Origin: Psammoneis japonica
Lineage: Eukaryota
Assembly (NCBI GenBank): GCA_008632985.1
Contig: QPGO01000054.1
Location: 405,050 to 450,680 of the forward strand
Length of the DNA stretch: 45,631 nucleotides
Direction: 5' to 3'
The notes below the pieces were generated by a model, which worked only from the letters and a program-made list of their open reading frames with translations, searched no databases and was not told the DNA's origin. The translations under genes and the position numbers were made by a program. The number at the start of each line of letters is the position of its first letter. The first letter of the stretch is position 1. This document shows, in pieces, positions 1 through 13,621 of the stretch.

Positions 1-2874
1 ACTTTGTGCCCTCCAATTTCTGAAGGCTCTGGTCATTGCCACAGATCTTCAACATCTCTTTCTTTCTGCTCATTTCAAGGCACATGGCATCCCCAAGAAG
101 AGGCTCTTTCATTGCTGCTGTGGAGTCAGTCGTCCAATGCCAACTTCTTACACTTCTCTCTTTTGGTGATTTCATTCTTGGCTTTCCCAAAGCTGTGTTG
201 TCATGCTTTGTCCATGCATGGAATGAAAGCATCATTTTAAACAACTGTGTCCAGCAGGACTGTCAAAAACATCATTGCACTTGACCCACAGGTCCTGGAA
301 TTCTTCATCTGAAATCTCAGCAGCTTTGCACAACTTTTGTCAAGATGGTTGGACAACATGACAGCAAACTCCTTCTCTTTGCAACTCCTGTCCTTGCTGT
401 CATTTCAGTTGTCTGCTGAAAATGCATGCATGCACAAGCAAAAAAATTTATGGCCAGCTGCACAAAGTCAGAGTCTTTGGGTCAAACATGAGGAAAATCT
501 GCAGGTTTCTGCACATTTCTGGTGCAAACAAGCACACTTTTCCATTGATGGTGGAGAGCCCACCAAATGCATCACTTGGTGCCACACCTTGTTTGTTGAT
601 GAGTCATTGCTGTTCCTGTGAGTGTTGCAGAGAGCAACTCATTTGTCACACCTCTGCTGCATGTGCACAGCTTTGTGAGGTCAATGCTGTCTTTTGGCAA
701 CCCACAAGACTGGAGAAACAAAGGAGAAAAAAATCAAAATCTCCTGCATTTCCATGGAGGCTTGTCACAATGTCTTGAAGTTCACATTCCATTGGGCAAG
801 ATGCTGCTTTGCAAGTTGTTGCTTTTGGGGCTTGTGTTTGGGCATCATGTGTGCAGTTTGACCACCTTTTTCAATTTAAGTGGGAACAGGTCAGCAGGAC
901 AAATTGAAGAAGAGTTGCCAATCACAGCTGCAAGCAAAGCTCCAAACCAACTTGAGTTTGTCACAGACTTGGCTGGCATTGGTTGAATCTTTTGAGCAAT
1001 GTTTGTTGGCAGCAGCAAAAGTCAGATGTGCCATTTGGCTCACGATGCATGTTGCACATGCACACATTGCTTGGACTGTGCAGTGTCTTTTTCTAATTCT
1101 TGCCCTCCCATGCAGCACCACCTGCAAATGCAAATGGCTTTGAATCATTTGAAAAATTGTCTGAAAAACAATTCTTGCTGTTGGCATTGACATGACTTGT
1201 CCCAAATTGGGCGGCAAACATGAGAACAATTGTTCCCAGTCAAAGGCTCATTTGACAATCACAAGGGCATGTGCAGTCCAAGCACATTTTCCAGTGGCCC
1301 AAACACACTGTTTGGCAGAATGGGAAAGAGATTTTTGGCTCAACACACACCTCCTTGGACCACAATTCAATGGCTTTTGCATTGAAAAGTGCCATGGAAA
1401 GAGTGGAGTTTGATCATCTTGTGAAACTCCAGCTGATTCATTCATGGCAATGACATTGCTTGCATGTTGCGCATTCCTCACTCTGCACATTTGTCCATTT
1501 CTCTTGATGCTCTAACAAGAGAAATCAACTCTTGTCTCACAGCTAAATTCCAACAACCCCAACAGCTCTTGCAATTGATCCCAGGCCAACTTGTGTCACT
1601 CATGTTCAAGAACAGCAACATCAGCTTCATGGTTGTCATGAAACAAAATCATCAAATGCTGTCACTCTGCACTGAGGATTGAGCTGCCCATGATGACACA
1701 CAACAGCTGGAGCTGTTGCAGTGCTTCTTGCACAACAGGGCCTTCACAATTTCACAGCAGAGACCACCCATTTGGTTTCAAGACACTGGTGCTGGTTCAG
1801 GACTGAGTGTCTCATTTTGAAAGTCCAGTTCCAGCAAACACAAGATGAGCTGATGAGCATTGTTTCTTCCAAATGTCCAAGTGGACTTGCATGGTTGTGC
1901 CCTGCTGCATGGCAGACAACTTTCACAATCAGCTCGCAATTGCAGCAACCAGTGCAGGGACAATTTCTGTCATCACAGTGCTTCCTGCAAAACACCATGG
2001 CCAGGTGTCAGGTGGTTGTTCTCTTCCATTGGAGTTGCTTGCAATGGCTTGGATGTGACGTGCATCACCTCAGAGGCATGTTGGAAGTTGCTTTGGTCAG
2101 CTGTCATTGTGCTGCCAAGATTGACTCTTTTGTTGTGTGAGAAAAGCAGGTGCCTCTTTGTTTTTCTCATTTTTGTTTCAAGATTCTGAGTGAGAGGGTC
2201 AACAAAAATTTGTGTGAAGAGACATTGGATTTTTTGGGCGTGTGTCACATGATTTTCAGCTGGTGGCTGAAACAACTCTGCTGGGTGATGGACAAACCAT
2301 GCACAGGGACAAGAGTCCTTAATTCTGTCTGAGACTTGGCATTGACAACAAGGCAGAACATTTGACCAAGATCTCTGCACTGTCTCTCTGGCCAAGACAG
2401 CCACAAAACACCTGCAGTGTCTTCCGAGCCGTTCCCTCATCCCATGAACACATCAAATCAGCTGGAGCCATCCAGCAGATTCCACACCCAATGAGCTGGT
2501 TTTGAGTGTTTTGAAGAGCTCACACTCAAGACAGGATGCATTGACAGGGGTGCAAGTCATTTTTTGACTTTTCCATGATCAACTCATCATTTGCATCTGT
2601 CGTGCCAAGGTCCTTGCACACTGAAGTGATTTGCACATTTCTTGAGTCAACCACACATGTGCACTGGTGCACCATGGGTCATGGGTCTTGTTGGTGGGAC
2701 AGTTGCACTCCCAAAATGGAGATGATTTGCTTGGTTTGCACAGCAAGCTTTGCACTGTCTGACAAAACCATCCTTGCCAAGTCCATGAGAGCAAACAGAG
2801 ATGGCAACAGCACAGTGTCACATTCTTTGCTGCCTTGAAGCTCTGCAAAAACCTGCAAACATTTTGGCTCCCTG

Positions 2875-2915
2875 CTGAATTTGATGGATGCTCCACTGAA
2901 TTTGATGGATGCTCC
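2875..2915 (+). repeat. Short tandem duplication
   Basis: ctgaatttgatggatgctcc occurs at 2875-2894 and 2896-2915. Confidence 0.9.
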
Positions 2916-3932
2916 TCAATGCCATCTTGAGCTCAGCATGACATTTGCAGCTCTGGACTCCCTTCAAGGCACTTTTGCACTGATGGTGCCCAGTTGAGAA
3001 ACTTCCATGGAAGACAACTGAGCTGTTGCAATGCACCACCCAAGCACAAACAAGCTTCTGGCAGGTTGTGCGCTGCAAGTTTCAAGCATGAAAGGGATCC
3101 TGCAATGAGCTTCTTTCAGCAGCATTGCCAGATTTGCATGACCAAAGTCTTCTTGTTGCTGCACATGACAACAGCACACCTGCAACAAAGTTGTCCCACC
3201 TCACACAAAGCCTTGCTTGAGACTCCTGAAAATGTGGCCATCTTGAAACCTGCTGGCATGATGCAACAGAGTGCGCAGATCATGCAGTCATGATGACAGG
3301 TTGTTGTTGCAGACAACACATTGCCTCTGCAAGCATGATGTGTCTGTGTCAGCCAAGATTTGCTGCACATGCAATGGACCACCCCAGGTCACAAGAACAT
3401 TGATGGAACAAAAAATGTTTGTGGTGTTCCGCGCACACACTCCAGGCCAACATGGGGAGCTGTTGTTGGCTCAGGAAGTGCAAAGATGTCCTGGAGATGT
3501 TGGTTGAATGATTGCTGTTGAAGATGGAGAAATTGAGCTGTGGTCACACAAGGCATCACATTTCCAGCCAAGCACATCCCAGAAATGACACTTGCATGGG
3601 AGCACAAATTTTGTTGCAAAGTCTTGGTTGTGCCACAAAGTCTTTGGAGTTTTGGCAGGCACTTTTGTCTTCCTTGGAGGAGATTGTGTGCACATGAAGG
3701 AACTGAGTTTTGGCTCCTTGCTGCAACCACTGCTGCTGCCACTTGCAATGACCTCTGGTTTTGGGGCAGCAAACAAAATGTGTTGGTCATCATTTGGGGG
3801 ATGTTGGAGTGCAGAGTCATGGGACAGCTTCTGAGTGCACTGGAGGGGGGGGACAAGAGCTGTCATCAGGGGATGAAGGATCAAGCACCTCATGCACCAT
3901 GCCCTGCAATGGGTGCTTCTTGATTCATCACT

Positions 3933-3963
3933 TTTGTTGTTGTTGTTGTTGTGGTTGTTGTTG
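3933..3963 (+). repeat. (TTG)n microsatellite, one interruption
   Basis: ttgttgttgttgttgttgtggttgttgttg seen directly. Confidence 0.85.
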
Positions 3964-6060
3964 GACAAGGAAGATGACATGCTTCTGCTGTGGCACAATC
4001 ATTTTCTTTGAGCTCCTTTGGGAATTTGTCTGCCTGTGTCCATCAGGGAGGGTCACTGTGCCATGGGGCTGTGCTGAGACAATGAACTGTGCCATTGCTT
4101 GTGCTGTTGGCATCCTCATGATTTGCTGCAAAGCTGGGCCCACCATCAGAAGAGTGCGAAGGGAATGTGTGCTTTCTAGGAAAATTGTGTGGCCCAGCTT
4201 CAACCCCCAAAGTTTCATTTCAATTGGCAAGAAAGGGCCAATTTTAGAGTGCAAGAAATGTGCATGATGTGTGTGGTTTTGCAAATGGCATCACATGCCA
4301 TTTCTTCAGAAATTCAGAGATCTGAAAGAGACATGCTGAACACAGTGCATGGATGGTCCTGCATGCAAGTGACTGACCCATGCCATTGTGCAGAGAGCAA
4401 ATTCCTGTCTTGCACAAAATCTCATCACAGAGCCAATTTGTTGCACTCACAACACCATGCTGAGTTGATTGAATGATCCTCCTTGACCACACACAGCAGC
4501 CAGCCCACCACACACAATGAGGGTGGAGGAAGACATGACAGGTGAGGTGAGAAACAACAGCAAGCAGACATTTGGTTCAAAGCGCCAACACTCACACACA
4601 GCAAGGTGGGCTTGTGCCTCACGCAGTGGCACAAGCAGGTGGATCCTCCTCAACAGCCACGTGGGATGCAAGTGTTGCCAGCACTGGAGAAGGGAGAGAC
4701 AACAAGTCTGTGACTGACAAATCATGGTGAAAGAAAAAGCAGCACAATGAGAAGAGATGCAGAAGAGAGACAAGGACAACTCTGAGGCACTTGGCAAGAA
4801 CAGTGCATTGTTTGGGAATGCACTGCAAGTTCCTGAACTGCAGTGCACTCAAGATCCACACAGGAGTGGTGACAGTGATGATGACAACAGTGGATGTGCC
4901 AAATGTTTTGCAACACAAATGCAAGCAAATCAGGGAGTGGCCAAAGAACAAGGTGAGCCAGCTGATTGCATGAGGGGACAAAACAATGCTATTGGTGAAC
5001 TTGGTCAAGCAAGAATGCAACCGCAAGTGCAGCCTGGGAAAAAAACTGACACAGTGATTGAAAAACACTCACACATTTTTCTGTTTTATTTTCTGGTGAG
5101 CACAGGCAGAGAGGGCTGTTGCACAAGAAAGAAAAAGCAGCAGATTGCAGAGAGATGCCAGCACTGGAGCAAATGCCAGGAAAAGCCAGGAACAACATGG
5201 GCACATGCTCTTGTTTCACACACTCATTTCTGCCTGTTGTTGTTGGCAAGAACACTTGAAAAAATGATGCATGGTCAACACCTGTGCTTGTTGCTGGTTG
5301 AGCTTTTGCAAAATGGCAAGGAGCGACAGGGTGCTTGCCATGTTGGTGCTGGAAAGCAACTGAAAGAACACAAGTGGAAACTCATGCATTGAAAGTCAAG
5401 GGAAAAGTTCAAGGAGGCTCAAGCAGAAGGCTGAACATCAACGGCTGATCACTGCATTGGAGTGAAAGCAAGAGAAGCAAGCAAGAAGCACCATGAGACG
5501 AGCTGGGCTGCAGCAGCAGGCCAGAAAGGCTCCCAGCACCACAGGTGCAGGCAGATGGACTGGATGAAAGGAGGTGGGCCATTGTGACCAACTGCAATGA
5601 AGTCTGGTTTCAACAGTTCTGCCAGATTGTGGACCACAAAAGGAGCAGCATGTCTGACCTTCTTGTCCAAGGAAGTTTGAGAGGAGAGAGCCAGGAGAGA
5701 GGAGAGGCAGACAAGACGTGGGTCTGCCCCGATGCTGCTGTGCAAAGCTTTCACTGTGGCTTTTTCCGTGGCTGGCTGCCTGCTGTTGTTGACCTGATGG
5801 TAAATTCTTTCTTGTGTGAAAAGATCGTTCTTCCCTTTCTTGCGTCTCACTGCCACTCCAACACTCGCAAGAGCACTGTTGTGTGCGACACAGAGATGGG
5901 TCCTTGCTTTTCTCGCACTGCAAACTGTGGTATCTTATGTATTATTGCACGAATTATTTCAATGTTTGTTTGCCTCAACGGACCATATATATTATTAAAG
6001 TATCGATGACAATATGAAGAAAATAATAATGAAGTCACTACACGTTTGAAAAGTCGGCTC

Positions 6061-6072
6061 TTCCCGCCAAAA
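6061..6072 (+). promoter_or_regulatory. E2F-like site TTCCCGCCAAAA upstream of the Reeler gene
   Basis: Resembles the TTTSSCGC consensus and lies about 140 bp before ATG 6211. The same motif recurs in reverse at 29640-29653. Function is inferred. Confidence 0.3.
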
Positions 6073-6210
6073 AACGACGTCACGCATGCGCGATCTGGAT
6101 CGGAGGTCGGAGTCGGAGGTCAGCATCAGCACAGCATTGTGTGTGTTGTGTTGTTTTTCGTTGTGTTTCGTTGTTGCAGACAAAAGATACCCTCTTATCA
6201 CCTCTTCACC

Positions 6211-7233
6211 ATGGTGTCCTTCCAATGTGCTTCGCTAGCCTTGGCTGCAGCCTTCCTTATGGGAAGAGCAGATGCCTTTCCAACCGGTGCCGGCGGCTGT
6301 GACGCGGGAGATCTTCTTTTGGACTCTGTTGGGGGTGCCGCGCATAGGACCCGTCCCACCACCACGGGGCCTCTTGCGGACGTTGGCTTTCAAGTCGCTC
6401 TCGACGACCAGGCCTTGACGTCTGGTACTCCAGCGAGCTTTGTGGCGGGCATTCCGCATACAGTGACTTTGACGGCCACGTCGGACAAGAGATTTCGTGG
6501 CTTTCTCATTCGTCTTGAAGATGCTGCTGGAGATATTGATACGACCCAGGCATTGTTCACAGAACCTACGCTGGGTGCCCCCCAAGTGCGTATTCTGGGA
6601 CTCTGTATCGAAGGTGAAGAGGTTGGTGGAGTCACCCATACAAACGGGGATGACAAGACGTCCGTCTCGGCGCTCTTGTTTCTCGAGTTTGGAGAGAGCA
6701 ACACCACTACCCCTCTCAGCATGGATGTAACCATGGTGGTTCAGAACAGTGGAACGTCCTCCGAGTGGTACTACTCTCCCTTTACCGTGAATTTGGTTAC
6801 TCCAGACACTGAAAACGATCCTTGTCCCATTTGCGGGGACGGCGAGTTGGCCGAATCGTCCGTCAACAAGACTATCACGTTGCCCAAATTCCCTCCCCTC
6901 ACGACTACACCCACCAATGCGACTTGTGGACAGGTGAACGACTGGGCTCTCGAGGGTGTAGTTGCAGCTCAACTTTGTACGGCCTTTCAGCAAGCCATTT
7001 CTGTGGATTGTCCTTGTGCTGGAGCGGAGCCGGACACCTTGCCTCCCTCCATGGCTCCTGGACCTTCGGAACCACCCACCTCGGAGCCGCCCACAATGAC
7101 GGATCCACCCACGATGACGGATCCGCCCACGTCGGATCCTCCCGCGACGGAAGCTCCCTCTGGCGCGTCTGCAGTCACTGTGCAGGCAGTGATTCTCTCT
7201 GTCGCGGCTTTCGGAGTTGCTCTCTTTGTGTAA
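6211..7233 (+). CDS. Secreted, probably GPI-anchored Reeler-domain cell-surface protein
   Basis: Signal peptide MVSFQCASLALAAAFLMGRADA|FPTGAGGC. Reeler-like motifs FRGFLIRL and GVTHTNGDDKTSVS. Cys-rich module CPICGDG..TCGQV..C..CPC, Pro/Thr repeats (TDPPTM) and a hydrophobic C-terminal tail after PSGASA. Intronless. Confidence 0.75.
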   Translation: MVSFQCASLALAAAFLMGRADAFPTGAGGCDAGDLLLDSVGGAAHRTRPTTTGPLADVGFQVALDDQALTSGTPASFVAGIPHTVTLTATSDKRFRGFLIRLEDAAGDIDTTQALFTEPTLGAPQVRILGLCIEGEEVGGVTHTNGDDKTSVSALLFLEFGESNTTTPLSMDVTMVVQNSGTSSEWYYSPFTVNLVTPDTENDPCPICGDGELAESSVNKTITLPKFPPLTTTPTNATCGQVNDWALEGVVAAQLCTAFQQAISVDCPCAGAEPDTLPPSMAPGPSEPPTSEPPTMTDPPTMTDPPTSDPPATEAPSGASAVTVQAVILSVAAFGVALFV

Positions 7234-7537
7234 GGTACAAAAGGATGCTCACGGATGTAATGGCTCTCTAGTCAAGGGGCCTCTCTGGTTTAACAAGTTT
7301 GTAGTTTCAAAAAAGTTAATTGCGGGTGATCCAACATATCGTACGTTCGTTCGCCCAGTTTTTAGTCATCGAACGACTTTCGCGTGTTGCTGTGATGCGC
7401 GACCAAGTTCAACTTGAAGGGACGTCGTAGATTTTGACGTCATTGTTGTACTGGAAACAAAGATATTTTGAGCATCAAGGGGAAACTTGATTCAAAAATT
7501 CTGATTTCTAGTGTCACGACCAGAACAAAAAGTGATC

Positions 7538-9484
7538 ATGAACATGACAATGCTTGTACGACTTCTATTCTTAAGCTACATTGGCTATACGCTTTTGGCG
7601 TCGACTCACGTCGTGGCTTATAGCGTCACAGCCAAGCGAAACCGAAAAGCAGTGGTGGTCGGAGGTGGTCCTGTAGGCCTCGCAACGGCATTGACATTGT
7701 CGAATCCTCCGCATTGTTTCGACGTTACCTTATTGGAACAATCCGTCGGCAATGCCTCAGTCGCTCGCTACGACCCTACCAAGGCATACTTGTATCTCGT
7801 CAATCCTCGCGGACAAGTCTGGATGAAGAACTTTCCCTCGAGTTTCGAAAAGCTGATCGAAAGAGGCGCAGAGAACAGCATGGGAAGCTTCATGGTTGTC
7901 CCTGCGGATCCAAACAAGCCGCTTCCAAAACAAAGATTGAGCAGCAAGAGGGAAAGTCCGTTGAAAGCAAGATTTTTACAGCCACTAATGCCGTCGAAAC
8001 GGACAATGATGACAAGAGCTATTGGATCCCGCGGCATCAAATGATTTTGCTCTTGATGGAGGTCATTGGCGAGCAAGAAGCCGCCCGTAAAAAAGAAAGC
8101 AACTCCGTACGAGGGTCGATCAAGCTAGAAAATGGAAAGAAATTCCACTCCATTCGATGTTTGGGAGGAGATGGTCATCATCAGCTAGTAGAAGTAGAAG
8201 CTCAGGATGCAAACAGTGCAAAAGCGTGCATTACGAGGCTGACCTTGTGGTTGGCTCGGATGGAGTGAACTCTGCCGTGAGTGCAGAGTGCTGATATCTT
8301 TCACTCTTGATGGGTGTGATTCTGACTCTTTTTTTCTTCCTGCTATAGGTCCGAGAGTATCTTGCCGCTGAACAGACGGCAACTCGCCCTGGATCTTGGT
8401 TGACGGATGCTCGCCATAGCTTCAAGGCGAAAAAGTGGGCCTCACCAGCCTCTGGGCTCGAATGAAGGTATCTATCGTGTCGCTTGCTTTACGAAGCTCA
8501 TTGTCGTTTCATCTGATACTTCCATAACCTCATTCTCACGCCAATTTAGGTACTACAATTCCCACCCAAATTCCCAATACCTGATTCGGACGGTTCCGTG
8601 TTTCATGCGAAGGATGGTGTACGATTCGTTCCGTCAATACGGGTCCAAGAAATAGACTATCGCTAGGTATTCTTCCAGTCAAGGATCCAACATTGGTTCG
8701 ACCAGCTAATGTTATTACTCGTCCAACCCATGATGCTTGGCAATTCCGAAACGGAAAGGAAGCAAAGCAATGGTTCCAAAAAGCATTCCCAAGACTCAAC
8801 TTTGACGATTTGGTAGATGGTGATGAATGGGATCGGTTTGTGGCGGCCAAGGGAACTACCTTTCCTCATTGTCAGTACAGCCAAGGCCTGCAGGTATCGT
8901 CACCGGATGAAACTTGTGGAGTCGTACTGGTAGGAGATGCCGTTCACGCGTTTCCACCAGACATTGGTCAAGGAATCAATGCCGGCCTATCAGACGTTGT
9001 AGCGCTGGACCGAGCTCTTCGAGGTTACGACATTGTTTCTGGAGAAGCTTCCAAAGAGAACAACAGTGCGCAGCCAAGCCTGGGGTCTGCATTGAAAGAA
9101 TATGAGCGTGTACGACTTCCAGAGGTGAGACCGGGATCTAGCTCTGGCATTCTTTGCTGTCATTCTTCTCACTTACGACTTGTCGTTTCTGTTGCCATAC
9201 AACAGGCAAAATCTTTAGTTAGGATTGCAAGGTTTGGCTCTCCTTACCAGTACCGCCAATCTCCCATTCGAGATCGCATTGGTCGATTCTTTTGGATATT
9301 AAACAGTCTTCCTCGGGTGTTGCTACACAAGCTGTCGTTTGGTGTTATTCCACCGCCCATGATGATGATGATCCAAAACAAAAGACTTACATATAGACAG
9401 GTGTCGAGACGAGACAACATTACCACTGCTGTCATGGCTGCTTTGATACTCGGTTTAAGTTATGCTGTTCGCGTCATCGCATGA
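7538..9484 (+). CDS. FAD-dependent monooxygenase (kynurenine 3-monooxygenase/UbiH-like), copy 1, four exons, about four -1 frameshifts
   Basis: GGGPVG dinucleotide-binding motif, ADLVVGSDGVNSAVR (DG motif), LVGDAVHAFPPDIGQGINAGLSD (GD motif). Introns about 8277-8348, 8468-8549 and 9125-9205 match the paralog's positions. Frame breaks near 7928, 8221, 8459 and 8610, so either sequencing errors or a pseudogene. Confidence 0.8.
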
Positions 9485-9519
9485 ATAATCCATTGGTACA
9501 AGACTACAGTATTAAAAAA

Positions 9520-9576
9520 ACAGTGCTCTGCCCTCCAAGAAAAAAAATAAAGACAGTGCTCTTCCCTCCAAGAAAA
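9520..9576 (+). repeat. 24-bp direct repeat pair in 3' flank
   Basis: acagtgctctgccctccaagaaaa (9520) and acagtgctcttccctccaagaaaa (9553), one mismatch. Confidence 0.8.
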
Positions 9577-9919
9577 CTATCGGGGCAACAATACTTTTCC
9601 AGAGATCGAAACGAAAACAACCGTCGTAAGGAGAAGTAATCGTACGGCACCCTTTCTTCGCAACATAACATAATAAAAGGGATGGTCAGTTCGTAGCAGG
9701 AAAGCCTTTGAGTCGCAATGATACTTCCTAGAGCATGATAGGAGGATGAAAGCTTTGATTTTGCTACAGAAAGTGACGTTTCAACTACATATGGTGGTTT
9801 TCCGAAAACAAGGTTGCACCTGCTCGAGTCAGATTCTCAGACGAATTGCCGTTGACTTTCTCCCATTTATGTTTTGACTTGCGAATGTTCAGCATGATTG
9901 GTATACCCAGAATGACGTG

Positions 9920-10458
9920 TCTTTAGTTTGAGTTCACTTTGATATTCTGCAAGAAACCTTCAAGGAAACCAACGGGGAGCCCCATCCAAGCCGCCTGATG
10001 GAGCAAACGGTTCTCGTTCACGGTGCGTGGGTCGTCTAGGATGCAAATAGACGGGACGCCTCCTTCCATAGTCCCGGCGGAGATCAGCATTTCACCATTG
10101 TCGGAAAAATGAGCCCATCGCGGGTTACTCTTTGTAACAACGCAAATGCTCAGAGGCAGACCCGTTGCTAACGAGAGATTCGTGATGTGAATGCTACACG
10201 TTTTGCTGTCACCCTTTCCTTGGAGCAGCTGTCAGCGAGGCATTCACTCTCTGAGCTGGTAGTTGGTTTGTCGTCCATCGCATCATTTAGGTTCACTTTC
10301 ACGGACCAGCGATCAGTTTCCGGATAAAACTTCACCGCAATTCCATCCATCCCGTTGAGCTTTTGTCCGGCCTCGGATTGAAGCCCGTGAATGCGGACCT
10401 TGGTGCCCTTTTGAACGAGCATGTTTGGTTTAGGGTATTTGTACGGTTCGAAGAACAT
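9920..10458 (-). CDS. Hypothetical protein with an N-terminal SH3-like beta module of the type often seen in algal MYND proteins; frameshifted, 3' end uncertain
   Basis: GTKVRIHGLQSEAGQKLNGMDG..F..ETDRWSVKV. Adding one base near 10220 continues as GKGDSKTCSIHITNLSL..., open to about 9920. Confidence 0.5.
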
Positions 10459-10866
10459 GGTTTTTATTCAAAGAGAGCGCCGAGGAAACCGGTCGTAGTC
10501 GTCAAATGGTTCATGGCTCAGATGCTCAATGTGATGACGACCAGGATCAAGGATCGAATAGCGCTAGTCAATAATTCATAATTCGTCATCGTCGCCGGTT
10601 GCCGGTTGTCGGGGGGAGCATTTTTTTCGCGCGCAGGATCCAAGTTTTGATCAATCCGACTCTACCGGTAAGGGTGCTTCCGGCACCCGGATTTCAAAAT
10701 TAAATGCATTATACAGATCTGTATTTAGAAATTTGACACTTGCGTTCGGCTCCTGAATCCCGAGTAGTCTCCAGTCCCGAGTGCCATCACAATCAGCACT
10801 TCTTGTGACGAGCTCGTTTCATGACACTACTACAACGTTGTCTCGGCCCTGCTGTTGTTGTCATAA

Positions 10867-13253
<2,387 letters not shown>

Positions 13254-13621
13254 ACCTGTTATCGTCTCTGAGGAAGTAACGTTTAGAATGGTCTCCCACT
13301 TTAACTCTTGTCACGTCCCGCGTATCTAGTCTTTTGGCGAATGTTTTCCTCTCGCAAGAATAACATACTCGATGTAGCGTAGACAACTGGATGTTGGCAG
13401 CTTGCTAAGCGTGAACACACCCAGGAATTTGCCAGTGTCTATTACTGTCTTGACAGTCTATCTCGTGATAGATAGGACTCTAGTGCCTACTCTCTTCTCT
13501 CTAGCGGCTCCAATAGAGACTTCTAGTGGAGGCGTAGCACCGGTAGTCGTAAACGTTGAATGGTTGTTCCCTCTAGTAGCTAGACTCATTAACCCCGCCC
13601 ATTATTTTCCCTATTTCGACA

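Larger units (their letters stand above)
1..5930. repeat. Degenerate TpA- and CpG-depleted region (decayed repeat/TE-derived DNA)
   Basis: Manual scan finds only about 13 TA dinucleotides in 5.9 kb and few CG, with a large excess of TG/CA. All six frames give Cys/His-rich, nearly Tyr-free ORFs with no intact recognisable domain. TE origin is inferred. Confidence 0.75.

Noticed and set aside
5545..5650. Possible helicase-associated (HA) domain relic, EVWFQQFCQIVDHK
   Set aside because: Only one short motif resemblance, too little to call.
1..5930. Dozens of 60-210 aa ORFs in the left flank as protein-coding genes
   Set aside because: They overlap in all frames, are Cys/His-rich and nearly Tyr-free, and are explained by loss of TAA/TAG stops. 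No intact domains.
6046..6210. Longer N-terminus of the Reeler ORF from TTG 6046
   Set aside because: Non-ATG start running through promoter-like sequence. ATG 6211 gives a clean signal peptide.
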